Shown: positions 7,931 to 16,273 of the stretch, piece after piece | Numbering within the stretch: position 1 is the first letter of the stretch | Layout of the letters: each line of letters opens with the position of its first letter | From: Ruminococcus albus 7 = DSM 20455 | Lineage (GTDB): Bacteria > Bacillota > Clostridia > Oscillospirales > Ruminococcaceae | Direction: 5' to 3' | NCBI RefSeq assembly: GCF_000179635.2 | Contig: NC_014833.1 | Span: forward strand, 90,001-122,000 | Length of the DNA stretch: 32,000 nt | Notes under the pieces: model-generated | What the model was told of the DNA's origin: nothing | Seen by the model: the letters and a program-made list of their open reading frames with translations, nothing else | Database searches by the model: none | Translations under genes and position numbers: made by a program

Positions 7931-9373
7931 TCAATAAGCCTTGCCCCAGAGTACCATTTTCTTTGCAGGCTTGCCGCAGCATACACATACGTCGCTGAAA
8001 TTGTCCTGCTCGAAGGGGATACATCTTGAACCAACGCCTGTCAGTTCCTTGACCTTATCCTCGCACTCTTCTTCGCCGCACCACATAGCCTTTACAAAGC
8101 CGTCGCCGTTCTCTTCAAGAGCCTTGATGATCTCATCGGTGTTCTTGCAAGCGTAGGTACGTCTTTCGCGGTTCTCGAGAGCCTTCTGGAATATGCCCTC
8201 GCGTACTGCTTCGAGCTTGGCGTTTACTGTTTCAACCAGTTCGGTGAGAGGTGTGAAGGTCTTTTCTCTGTCGTGTCTTGTAACTATTACGCACTGACCG
8301 TTCTCGATATCCTTGGGTCCCAGTTCGATACGAACGGGCACACCCTTCATCTCGTACTCAGCAAACTTCCATCCGGGAGACTGATCGCTGTCATCCAGCT
8401 TAACGCGGATACCTGCTGCCTTCAGCTGCTCGTATACTTCGTTTGCCTTTTCAAGCACGCCTTCTTTGAACTGCTGTACAGGAACGATAACTGCCTGTAT
8501 AGGTGCTACTGCGGGAGGCAGTACAAGACCGTTGTCATCGCCGTGAGTCATTATGATAGCGCCGATAAGACGTGTAGTAACGCCCCATGATGTCTGGTGG
8601 GGGAATGCCAGCTTGTTATCTCTGCCTGTGAACTGGATGCCGAAAGCCTTTGCAAAGCCGTCACCGAAATAGTGGGAAGTACCTGCCTGAAGTGCCTTAC
8701 CATCGTGCATAAGTGCCTCGATAGCGTAGGTAGCTTCAGCACCTGCGAACTTATCACTGTCGGTCTTTCTGCCCTTAACTACAGGCATAGCCAGATCTTT
8801 CTCGCAGAAGTCAGCATAGCAGTTCAGCATACGCTCTGTCTCTTCGATAGCTTCCTCGGGAGTTTCGTGGATAGTATGACCCTCCTGCCACAGGAATTCT
8901 CTGGAACGGAGGAAAGGACGGGTGGTCTTTTCCCATCTTACAACGCTTACCCACTGGTTATACAGCTTGGGCAGGTCGCGGTAGCTGTGTACGATATTAG
9001 CGTAATGCTCGCAGAACAGAGTCTCGGAAGTAGGTCTTACGCAGAGTCTGTCTTCAAGCTTTTCGCTTCCGCCGTGAGTTACCCATGCAACTTCGGGAGC
9101 AAAGCCCTCAACGTGATCCTTTTCCTTCTGGAGAAGGCTCTCGGGGATAAACATAGGCATACAAACATTCTCGTGACCCAGTGCCTTGAAACGGCTATCG
9201 AGTATCTTCTGTATATTCTCCCAGATAGCGTAGCCATAGGGTCTTATTACCATGCAGCCCTTTACGCTTGTATACGCGATGAGTTCTGCCTTAGTGCAGA
9301 TATCGGTATACCATTTTGCGAAATCCTCATCCATTGAGGTTATCGCATCGACCATTTTCTTATTCTTTGCCAT
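7931..9373 (-). CDS. proS: Prolyl-tRNA synthetase (archaeal/eukaryote-like type, no INS editing domain)
   Basis: 480-aa ORF starting [24 protein letters not shown]. It has class II motifs ([26 protein letters not shown]) and a C-terminal Cys-rich zinc-binding region (CGEEECEDK...[10 protein letters not shown]). Confidence 0.95.
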   Translation of the reverse strand: MAKNKKMVDAITSMDEDFAKWYTDICTKAELIAYTSVKGCMVIRPYGYAIWENIQKILDSRFKALGHENVCMPMFIPESLLQKEKDHVEGFAPEVAWVTHGGSEKLEDRLCVRPTSETLFCEHYANIVHSYRDLPKLYNQWVSVVRWEKTTRPFLRSREFLWQEGHTIHETPEEAIEETERMLNCYADFCEKDLAMPVVKGRKTDSDKFAGAEATYAIEALMHDGKALQAGTSHYFGDGFAKAFGIQFTGRDNKLAFPHQTSWGVTTRLIGAIIMTHGDDNGLVLPPAVAPIQAVIVPVQQFKEGVLEKANEVYEQLKAAGIRVKLDDSDQSPGWKFAEYEMKGVPVRIELGPKDIENGQCVIVTRHDREKTFTPLTELVETVNAKLEAVREGIFQKALENRERRTYACKNTDEIIKALEENGDGFVKAMWCGEEECEDKVKELTGVGSRCIPFEQDNFSDVCVCCGKPAKKMVLWGKAY

Positions 9374-9500
9374 ATTTTTTTCAACTCCTAATTATATGTA
9401 CGGCGATATCATTACGCCACTGTTTACTTATTTTATTTCTGCGCGTCGAGGATAAAATCGTTGATAAATGAAAAGTCGCTTTCATAATAGGAGAAAGATC

Positions 9501-9523
9501 CTAAAATGCCGGACGGCACTTTT
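9501..9523 (-). terminator. Weak terminator after the MBOAT operon
   Basis: Minus strand reads AAAGTGCCG-tc-CGGCATTTT then AG. Short stem, AU-rich base, directly after the stop at 9524. Confidence 0.4.
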
Positions 9524-9895
9524 TCATTTATCTTCATCTGTGCTGACCTCTTGCGGCGGCTCCGCTTTCTTCTTTTTCTTACCGAAGTTCAGCGCGTAGA
9601 TATCCTGATTATATATCTTGTAATTCGGGTCGAAATCCTCTTCCTTTGAAGCTTCAAAGGCGCTGTGAACTTCGTAGTTTTCCTGGGGAGAATGTCCCGT
9701 GGCAGTATTCTCCACCCTTTCGGGCGCGGCAAGACCCTTGCGTTCGATCTTGTCTGCAAGCTGAGGATTTTTATTCTGTATCCATTTCGCCATTCTCGGC
9801 GTTACCAGACAAGCCAGCACTATCAGCACCATTATGATGCCGCATTTTAATGCCAGTGAACCCAGCAGATTCAGTAATTCGTGATTCATTTGCAT
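9524..9895 (-). CDS. Small membrane-anchored protein, function unknown
   Basis: N-terminal TM (LALKCGIIMVLIVLACLV) followed by a charged, disordered tail ending in a K-rich patch. An alternative start at ATG 9889 gives an ATGA overlap with the upstream stop, so it is probably translationally coupled. Confidence 0.6.
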   Translation of the reverse strand: MQMNHELLNLLGSLALKCGIIMVLIVLACLVTPRMAKWIQNKNPQLADKIERKGLAAPERVENTATGHSPQENYEVHSAFEASKEEDFDPNYKIYNQDIYALNFGKKKKKAEPPQEVSTDEDK

Positions 9896-10260
9896 TCCTC
9901 TGTTTCATCGGGGTAATCCCAGAACTTTCCTTTATGGAAGTTCAGGTTGCCCAAAGGCTTTGCGGTCAGTCTGAACATGACACAGCCGTCAGGACAGACT
10001 ATTGTTTTTGTATACTTGCTGTCACCGCCGAGGTTTTCAAGGTCGCCGCCGCTGCGGACAGCTTCCATAAGCGGGTACAGCATCATCATAGTTTTGGAAC
10101 ATATACCCTGACCGTCCTTGTTTACGGGACAGCCGTAGGTACAGGTGTATATATCGCCGGGCTCTTCGCCGTTGCGGCAGTATCTTTCGGTCTTGTCACC
10201 ATGAAGAAATCCCACAACTTCAACAGTGAACTCGTATTCTTCGTTATACCATTTTTTCAT
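9886..10260 (-). CDS. Cys-rich TIGR04076-like protein, function unknown
   Basis: 124 aa. The pattern C-x-NGEEPGD..CTYGCP...GICSKTM..L.P....SGGDL......IVCPDGCVMFRL matches my memory of the TIGR04076 family layout (GD-x-F/Y, P-x-G-x-C, GG, CPDG-x-V-x-F). SD GGAGG lies 6 nt upstream. Confidence 0.6.
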   Translation of the reverse strand: MKKWYNEEYEFTVEVVGFLHGDKTERYCRNGEEPGDIYTCTYGCPVNKDGQGICSKTMMMLYPLMEAVRSGGDLENLGGDSKYTKTIVCPDGCVMFRLTAKPLGNLNFHKGKFWDYPDETEECK

Positions 10261-10328
10261 GGTGTACCTCCGTCAGAATTTGCATTTGTCGGCGCATTTT
10301 TGATATATCACCGTCAAAGCGAGTCCTC

Positions 10329-11774
10329 CTAGAACCTGAAATACAAAAACGGATTGAAGGAGTTGCCTGCCAGGTACGCTACCGATACTATGAACAGCAG
10401 GGTACATTCTGCGGGGACTATCACCGTTTCGTAGAGGGCGAGCTTGCGCTTTGCAAGGAAATCGCCTGTTTTCTTGATAATTGGTGTTGAGCATACTATT
10501 GCCAGTATGAACAGCAGAGCATTCTGCGAAAGGCGGAAGGATGTCATGTGGTTCCAGAAGGGAAGTCCGCCGAAGCCGAACATATTTTTAAGGTTCTGCA
10601 AAAGTGCCGTGGTATCCTCGTATGCGAATATGCCCCAGCCAATTACTATCAGCAGAAGTGCATAAATGTGCCGCACTATCTTTGGCGATTTTTTCAGCAG
10701 CTTCAGCAGGAAGTTTTTCTCCAGCAGGAGTATCACGCCGAAGTATACGCCCCACATCATGAAATTCCAGTTAGCACCGTGCCAGAAGCCTGTCAGGAAC
10801 CATACAACCATGATGTTCACGCACTGTCTTGCCTTGCCCTTGCGGTTGCCGCCCAGGGGGATATAGACATAATCCCTGAACCAGCTTGACAGTGAGATGT
10901 GCCACCTGCGCCAGAATTCGGTGATGGAATCTGAGATGTATGGGTAATTGAAGTTCTCAAGGAAATCAAACCCGAACATCTTGCCGAGACCTATCGCCAT
11001 ATCGGAGTAGCCCGAGAAATCGAAGTATATCTGGAATGTATAAGCGATTATGCCTATCCAGCTTGCAGCCACGCTCAGTTCATTCTGCGGAGAATGGGAT
11101 ATAGTATCAAAAAGCTCGCCCACTGCGTTGGCGATAATTACCTTCTTTCCAAGACCCACACAGAAACGCTTTACGCCCTGTGCGAACTTCGCCTCGTCCT
11201 CCTGCCTGTTGACAAGCTGTTCGGCTACATCCACATACCTGACTATAGGTCCTGCGATAAGCTGAGGGAATAGCGCTACATAAGTCCCAAGGTGGAGTAT
11301 ATTCTTCTGGCACTTCACGTTGCCTTTGTATACGTCTATGACGTATGAAAGGGTCTGGAAGCTGTAAAAGCTTATACCTATTGGCAGTGCCAGTCCTGTG
11401 GGCTTTATTTGCGTGCCTGCGGCTGAGTTTATAGTATTTATAAAGAAATCAGTATACTTGAAAAACAGCAGCAGTCCGAGATTCCATACCACCGCTGTCA
11501 TCATGGAGATAAAGGGGACTTTGCTGCCCTTTTTACTTTCAGGCAGACGGCTCTTATCCGCAAATATTCCCGTGAAGTATGCCACTCCTATCGACAGACA
11601 CATAAGCAATATGTATATCGGTTCGCCCCATGCGTAGAACACAAGGCTGAACAGGAACAGCACTGCATTCTGGGCTGTCCTCGCGCGCTTTTTCAGGAAA
11701 AGCGGCATGAGGAAGTACATCAGCAGTACTGCCGGAAGAAAGCCGAAAAGAAAGGTCGTACTTGAAAAAAGCAT
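10329..11774 (-). CDS. MBOAT family membrane-bound O-acyltransferase (AlgI/DltB/PatA-like)
   Basis: 481 aa and polytopic. It has the typical N-terminus MLFSSTTFLFGFLP and the conserved FWRRWHISLS and WHG histidine motifs. The start overlaps the upstream stop (TAATG). Confidence 0.92.
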   Translation of the reverse strand: MLFSSTTFLFGFLPAVLLMYFLMPLFLKKRARTAQNAVLFLFSLVFYAWGEPIYILLMCLSIGVAYFTGIFADKSRLPESKKGSKVPFISMMTAVVWNLGLLLFFKYTDFFINTINSAAGTQIKPTGLALPIGISFYSFQTLSYVIDVYKGNVKCQKNILHLGTYVALFPQLIAGPIVRYVDVAEQLVNRQEDEAKFAQGVKRFCVGLGKKVIIANAVGELFDTISHSPQNELSVAASWIGIIAYTFQIYFDFSGYSDMAIGLGKMFGFDFLENFNYPYISDSITEFWRRWHISLSSWFRDYVYIPLGGNRKGKARQCVNIMVVWFLTGFWHGANWNFMMWGVYFGVILLLEKNFLLKLLKKSPKIVRHIYALLLIVIGWGIFAYEDTTALLQNLKNMFGFGGLPFWNHMTSFRLSQNALLFILAIVCSTPIIKKTGDFLAKRKLALYETVIVPAECTLLFIVSVAYLAGNSFNPFLYFRF

Positions 11775-12271
11775 TAACCGATTATCTCCTTAGCCTTTGC
11801 GCTGTCGCCTGATACGCAGTAGTATACATAATTGTCCTTGACTATCAGTACAGTATTTTCCAGCTTGGGAGCCTGTTCGGGCTTATAATCGGTGAAAACG
11901 CTCTTCTGATTTGTTACTCTTGTGGAAAGGCTTGCCTTGATAGTCTCAGCCATTCCGTCATTTGCTTCAAAGCAGGCGATCTCCTCGGGGGTAGCGCCTG
12001 TTGAGCTTACATACACCTTAGCTGTCTTGTAAGCTGAGGGTGCAATACCCAGTATATTCTCTATCTTGCCGCTGTCGAATTCAACAAGGCTGTCATCGTA
12101 AGCGATATCGCTCTTGAGCTTGTCTGCAACTGCTGTTACATCAACGCTCTCTGTTGCTGTCTGAGCCTTGTCGCTGCCCTTGTCGCTGCCGCCTTTGTCG
12201 CCGCATGAAGCGAATGCGCAGGTAACTGTCATAGCTGCAAGAATGATACATACTGTCTTTTTGATATTCAT
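11774..12271 (-). CDS. DUF4358 domain lipoprotein
   Basis: Lipobox CAFAS|C. The C-terminal EEIACFEANDG..IKASLSTRV..QKSVFTDYKPEQAPKLENTVLIVKDNYVYYCVSGD pattern is typical of DUF4358, which commonly neighbours MBOAT genes in Clostridia. Confidence 0.75.
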   Translation of the reverse strand: MNIKKTVCIILAAMTVTCAFASCGDKGGSDKGSDKAQTATESVDVTAVADKLKSDIAYDDSLVEFDSGKIENILGIAPSAYKTAKVYVSSTGATPEEIACFEANDGMAETIKASLSTRVTNQKSVFTDYKPEQAPKLENTVLIVKDNYVYYCVSGDSAKAKEIIG

Positions 12272-12315
12272 TTTAACTCACCTTATCCTTTTACTTTTTA
12301 CTTATATCCATACCA

Positions 12316-13206
12316 TCAGGTATTGTCTATTATGAAATTCTGCCAGTACAGGCAATAGTCGGCGGTCATGTGTATGCCGTCGGGAGAAGCTTCCTCGGGA
12401 AGATATCCGTTTTCGTCTGCAACAGCTTCCGAGCAGTCAAGATAGTGCAGACCCAGTTCACCTGCTACCTTCTTTATCGAAGCTGTGAATGTGCGGGCAT
12501 TCTCATTGTTGACAGCATCGCCGTCAGTATCCTGGGATTCTGCCAGGGGAAGTATGCCTATGAGGTATATCTCCGCATTGGGCTGATAGCTCTGTATGGT
12601 CTTTACCATCTCGGTATAGTGTTCCTCAAAGGTATCAACATAAGGCCAGCCCATCTCGTTGGTGCCGAAGCTTATGAACACTCTGCCGTACTGACGGGAG
12701 CTTAACGCTTGCTGGAGAGTACCCACTGAACCGTCGCCCTGTGCTATCTCGGTAGATGTCAGTACGGTATCGATATTCAGACCGACTGCACACAGGAATG
12801 TTGCCTGCGGCTTATCGGTGCTGTTCATCATTCCGACTGTACGGCTGTCACCGATAAACACTGCATCACTGAGGTCATCAGCGGTATCCTTAGGTGTGGT
12901 GTACGGGTGTGTACCATCATCGGGATCCTCGGGCTGGGGCGCTATGGAGCTTGTGTCCTCAGCTGCTGAACTTTCCTGTTTCCTCTCGGTCAACTCTATG
13001 GTTATCCCTGCCACAGAACTTGTATCTTCTGTTTTGGTATCGGCGGTCTTATCCGCCTTAGCGTCAACAGCAGGCTTGTGTGCTTCTTTTACAGCTGCAA
13101 AAACAGACCAGCATACTGTGAACAGCATACACATAAGGCAAAGTGCCGTCACCATATTCTGCTGTGCTTTGACACGTCTTTTTCTGATAACTGAATTACT
13201 TTCCAT
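12316..13206 (-). CDS. Membrane-anchored SGNH/GDSL hydrolase-fold protein (probable O-acyl transfer partner of the MBOAT)
   Basis: N-terminal TM, an acidic linker, then the FIGDSRTVGM block I serine motif and the C-terminal DGIHM block V. The track start at 13269 is replaced by ATG 13206 (MESNSV), which has AGGAAAGGA upstream. Confidence 0.85.
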   Translation of the reverse strand: MESNSVIRKRRVKAQQNMVTALCLMCMLFTVCWSVFAAVKEAHKPAVDAKADKTADTKTEDTSSVAGITIELTERKQESSAAEDTSSIAPQPEDPDDGTHPYTTPKDTADDLSDAVFIGDSRTVGMMNSTDKPQATFLCAVGLNIDTVLTSTEIAQGDGSVGTLQQALSSRQYGRVFISFGTNEMGWPYVDTFEEHYTEMVKTIQSYQPNAEIYLIGILPLAESQDTDGDAVNNENARTFTASIKKVAGELGLHYLDCSEAVADENGYLPEEASPDGIHMTADYCLYWQNFIIDNT

Positions 13207-13240
13207 ATTTCCTTTCCTCTGAACATAACTAGATAAGTCT

Positions 13241-13269
13241 ATCATACCATATTTCCGAGATATTTGCAA
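13241..13269 (-). promoter_or_regulatory. Sigma-A type promoter for the SGNH-DUF4358-MBOAT operon
   Basis: Minus strand reads TTGCAA, 17-nt spacer, TATGAT, with a TGg extended -10. Confidence 0.65.
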
Positions 13270-13320
13270 GTATATTATTGAAATTTAGTATTATTATCCC
13301 CCGATTTCTCCGCGCTATAC

Positions 13321-13354
13321 AAAAGGCGGATAGATGACTCTATCCGCCTTGTTT
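13321..13354 (-). terminator. Terminator after the DUF1851 gene (bidirectional shape)
   Basis: GGCGGATAG-6 nt loop-CTATCCGCC. It is flanked by an A-run on one side and TTTTGT (minus sense) on the other. Confidence 0.85.
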
Positions 13355-13409
13355 AAAATTATATCCCAAATTCAGTTTCGTTTGCTATATCCTGATCCTG
13401 CGGGGGCTG

Positions 13410-13949
13410 TTAATTATAGAGATCCCCTGTGATAGTCCAGTAAACCTCAAGATCTGTAACATCAAGGTTGTCGATATCTTCCGCTCCGTTAAGGAACAAG
13501 GGTACTTTATAGCCTATACAGCTGCCGTATTTCAAATCGGGATCGCCGTTTTCATCGACCCATTCTTCATAGAATTCTGCGGCAAGAAAGCCGTCGGGGT
13601 CATCGGCGATATCGTCAAGGAAGGATTCAAAAGGCATATCGGTGGCATAGAACTCGCAGTCAAAAGCATCGACCATTTTCACATTGTCTGTAGCAGAATC
13701 CACAAAATAAAGCCTGCCAAGCCAGTCATAGCCGAAAAATGCAAGCTCCTCTTTCAGTGCGGGAAAGACTTCTTTGAATATTTTCTGCCACTTTTTAACG
13801 TCCTCTTTCCTGAAAAAAGTGAACAGTCCGTCCAAAAAGCTGTTGCCCGCCGCAATTTCGAGAAATTCTTCTTTGTTTGCACAGGAGGTTGCACCGACCT
13901 TCTCGGATGTGCCCAATATCTTTTCAAACATTTTTCGAGTACTCTCCAT
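13410..13949 (-). CDS. DUF1851 / Tdi1-type immunity-like protein
   Basis: 179 aa. FFGYDWLGRLYFVD, FESFLDDI and CIGYKVPLFLNGAEDIDNLDVTDLEVYWTI resemble the DUF1851 (T6SS immunity Tdi1 C-terminal) family as I recall it. An alternative start (MFEKIL, 13931) has a better SD (GGAGAG). Confidence 0.55.
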   Translation of the reverse strand: MESTRKMFEKILGTSEKVGATSCANKEEFLEIAAGNSFLDGLFTFFRKEDVKKWQKIFKEVFPALKEELAFFGYDWLGRLYFVDSATDNVKMVDAFDCEFYATDMPFESFLDDIADDPDGFLAAEFYEEWVDENGDPDLKYGSCIGYKVPLFLNGAEDIDNLDVTDLEVYWTITGDLYN

Positions 13950-14002
13950 TGTATTACTTCGATACGATAAACTCAGGTCTTTGCTTTTTGAAAAACGATG
14001 TT

Positions 14003-14590
14003 TCAGTCCAGCATATCATGCAGCTTGATCGCAAGTTTGGATACGGGCAGTCCAACAACGTTGAAGAAATCGCCCTCGATCTTATCCACGAGAAGTGTTC
14101 CCTCGCCCTGTATGCCGTAAGCGCCAGCCTTATCCATCGGTTCGCCGGTATTGATATAGTCCTCTATCTCTTCATCAGTGAGATCTTTGAACCAGACCTT
14201 TGTAGTTTCGGTAAAGGTTTCGGTACGACCTTTATAGCAGATGGAAACGCCTGTATCCACAGTATGCATACGTCCCGAAAGAAGCCTGAGCATACGCGCC
14301 GCATCTTCTTCGTCCTTGGGTTTTCCGAGTATCTCGCCGTCAGCGGTGGTTACTACTGTATCGCAGCCTATAACTACTGCTTTCTGGTATACATCAGCTA
14401 TGCATTTGCATTTCTGATATGAAAGAAACGCAGGAACGTCCGCAGCGTTCATAGCCTCGGGGACAGCTTCCCCGCAGTCGGCGGGTATCACTCTGAAAGA
14501 GGGACATATCAGCTGCATAAGTTCTTTCCTTCTCGGTGATGCCGATGCGAGTATCACATCGTATTCCATCATCAGATTTTTAATAGTCAA
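14003..14590 (-). CDS. maf: Maf-like nucleoside triphosphate pyrophosphatase
   Basis: VILASASPRRKELM near the N-terminus and C-terminal KAGAYGIQG are classic Maf motifs. TTG start with GGAGG 9 nt upstream. An alternative ATG lies 6 codons downstream. Confidence 0.92.
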   Translation of the reverse strand: MTIKNLMMEYDVILASASPRRKELMQLICPSFRVIPADCGEAVPEAMNAADVPAFLSYQKCKCIADVYQKAVVIGCDTVVTTADGEILGKPKDEEDAARMLRLLSGRMHTVDTGVSICYKGRTETFTETTKVWFKDLTDEEIEDYINTGEPMDKAGAYGIQGEGTLLVDKIEGDFFNVVGLPVSKLAIKLHDMLD

Positions 14591-14592
14591 CC

Positions 14593-16107
14593 TCAGTACC
14601 CTCCATTCTGGTCATAGGACCAGCTGTTATCGTAGTAGCCGCCGTTGTCGTAGCTGCCGTTATCATACCCTGTATCGGGTGTCCACTGTGTATCAGTTGA
14701 AGCATCCTGTCCGGACCACTGTGTATCGCTGTAGCCTGTATCTGTCTGCTGTGCGGTATTATCCTGTGCAGCAGGTGCAGTGTAGGTGTTGTCCTCGCTG
14801 CTGTTATCCTCGGGTGCTTTTTCGGATGATGAAGCAGGCTCTGAAAGTGCCAGCTTGGCATCAACGTAATAGTGGGTGAGTATCTGGTCATATGTCCAGC
14901 CGTTCTCTGCGTAGTAATGTGCGCCCCACTGTGACATACCGACACCATGTCCCCAGCCGCAGGAGGTGAATGTGAATTCTCCGTCCTTATACTTTATGGT
15001 TATTGCGTTGGATTTGAGTCCCATCATATTGCAAAGCTGGTTGCCTGTGAGCTTGCAGTTATCTCTGCCGTCGATAGTCACGGTATCTATATATACCACG
15101 CTGTACGCTCTGTCGATAGTGAACCACTTGGTCTGATCCTCTGAAAGGGTGATGCCGAAGCGGCTTTCCAGCATGGACTTGACCTGTGATCTTGAATATG
15201 TCTTTTCGATGCCCCAGTTAACATCCTGATCATCGAATTCGCTTTCAACGCATTTAAGGTAGGGATAATCCATGCTCCAGATGTCGCCTGCGGTGGTGGT
15301 ATAGCCTGCGCTCGAAGCGGAGTATACCGCATTGATTATCTCTCCGTCATAGTGCATAGCCTGTCCTTCTACGGATTCGACTATACTCTCAAGCTTTGAT
15401 GAATAGCCGTATCTGAGACCTATGGTAGGTGTAAGACCATGCTCCTGATTGAATCTCAGGTGGGAGTATGCAGCGACTATCTGCGCCTTTATGGCATCGT
15501 CGTCCCATGTATCACCTATCTCATTATTCACCATAAGGCAAAGCAGTTCATGACCGTTCATTACAACGGTAGAACCTGAATTTTCATCATGCACCCTGAA
15601 GTACTCGCCTGCTACACTTCTGGTAGCGGTAAGCTTCTGCGGTGCTGCTTTTTCTGGATAATAGATAAGCGTATCCTGCTCGGGGAACGGTACTGTAAAA
15701 TCATCTGGGTCGGTGATAGCGGCACTGTTGATCTTGAATCCCTTGCACTTTGTTTCGGCAGCTGACATATCATAATCGCATATAGCTGCTTTTTTATACT
15801 TAGGAAAACTCATCTTTTCAACAGTTTTCTGCTCGCTCTCCTGTTTATCCTCGCTGTCGGTAGGAGTGATATCCTCGTTCGCGGGGGTTGCGGGCTTGTG
15901 GGCTGTCTTTTCTGCTTTCTCTACTATGGCAGATCTGACAGGTTCCTTAGCTTTCACCCTTTTTGCAGGGTTGAAGGCACTGTCGGTCAGCATAAGCAGT
16001 CCGCAGCCGCCTGTGACAGCAACACCTGTCACCAGCAGTCTGATATGTGCTGCAAGCTGTCTTCTGATAGACGGTTTACCCGTATTTTCGTTTTTAGTCA
16101 TGCTCAT
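14593..16107 (-). CDS. SpoIID/LytB domain protein with a low-complexity aromatic/acidic C-terminal tail
   Basis: N-terminal TM. YSASSAGYTTTAGDIW and CGWGHGVGMSQWGA are SpoIID/LytB signatures. ATG 16107 is chosen (GAGGTAA 7 nt upstream). The track ORF begins at GTG 16110. Confidence 0.85.
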   Translation of the reverse strand: MSMTKNENTGKPSIRRQLAAHIRLLVTGVAVTGGCGLLMLTDSAFNPAKRVKAKEPVRSAIVEKAEKTAHKPATPANEDITPTDSEDKQESEQKTVEKMSFPKYKKAAICDYDMSAAETKCKGFKINSAAITDPDDFTVPFPEQDTLIYYPEKAAPQKLTATRSVAGEYFRVHDENSGSTVVMNGHELLCLMVNNEIGDTWDDDAIKAQIVAAYSHLRFNQEHGLTPTIGLRYGYSSKLESIVESVEGQAMHYDGEIINAVYSASSAGYTTTAGDIWSMDYPYLKCVESEFDDQDVNWGIEKTYSRSQVKSMLESRFGITLSEDQTKWFTIDRAYSVVYIDTVTIDGRDNCKLTGNQLCNMMGLKSNAITIKYKDGEFTFTSCGWGHGVGMSQWGAHYYAENGWTYDQILTHYYVDAKLALSEPASSSEKAPEDNSSEDNTYTAPAAQDNTAQQTDTGYSDTQWSGQDASTDTQWTPDTGYDNGSYDNGGYYDNSWSYDQNGGY

Positions 16108-16184
16108 CACAATATTACCTCAAACGTTTAAGATTCGTATTTTAGGGCTAAAACGCCCACACTTATAGTTTATCAAATAAAGAG

Positions 16185-16222
16185 AAAAAGTCAAGACAAA
16201 GCTATTGTCTGTCCTGACTTTT
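16185..16222 (-). terminator. Terminator after the SleB-like hydrolase gene
   Basis: Minus strand reads GTCAGGACA-11 nt loop-TGTCTTGAC (9 bp, one G.U) followed by TTTTTCTCT. Confidence 0.75.
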
Positions 16223-16273
16223 CGTATGTCTTACCAAATGTTGCACAAAGACTGTCGATAGTGCTTATGCACT

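Noticed and set aside
7725-8034. 99- and 61-aa minus-strand ORFs crossing the proS 3' end and its terminator
   Set aside because: They overlap the proS coding sequence out of frame and run through a strong terminator hairpin. There is no SD.
8597-9337. 246-aa plus-strand ORF inside proS
   Set aside because: It is an antisense shadow of the ProRS frame, with no ribosome-binding site and low-information composition.
14580-14948. 122-aa His/Thr/Pro-rich minus-strand ORF
   Set aside because: It is an alternative frame of the low-complexity tail of the SpoIID/LytB gene. It reflects repeat composition rather than a gene.
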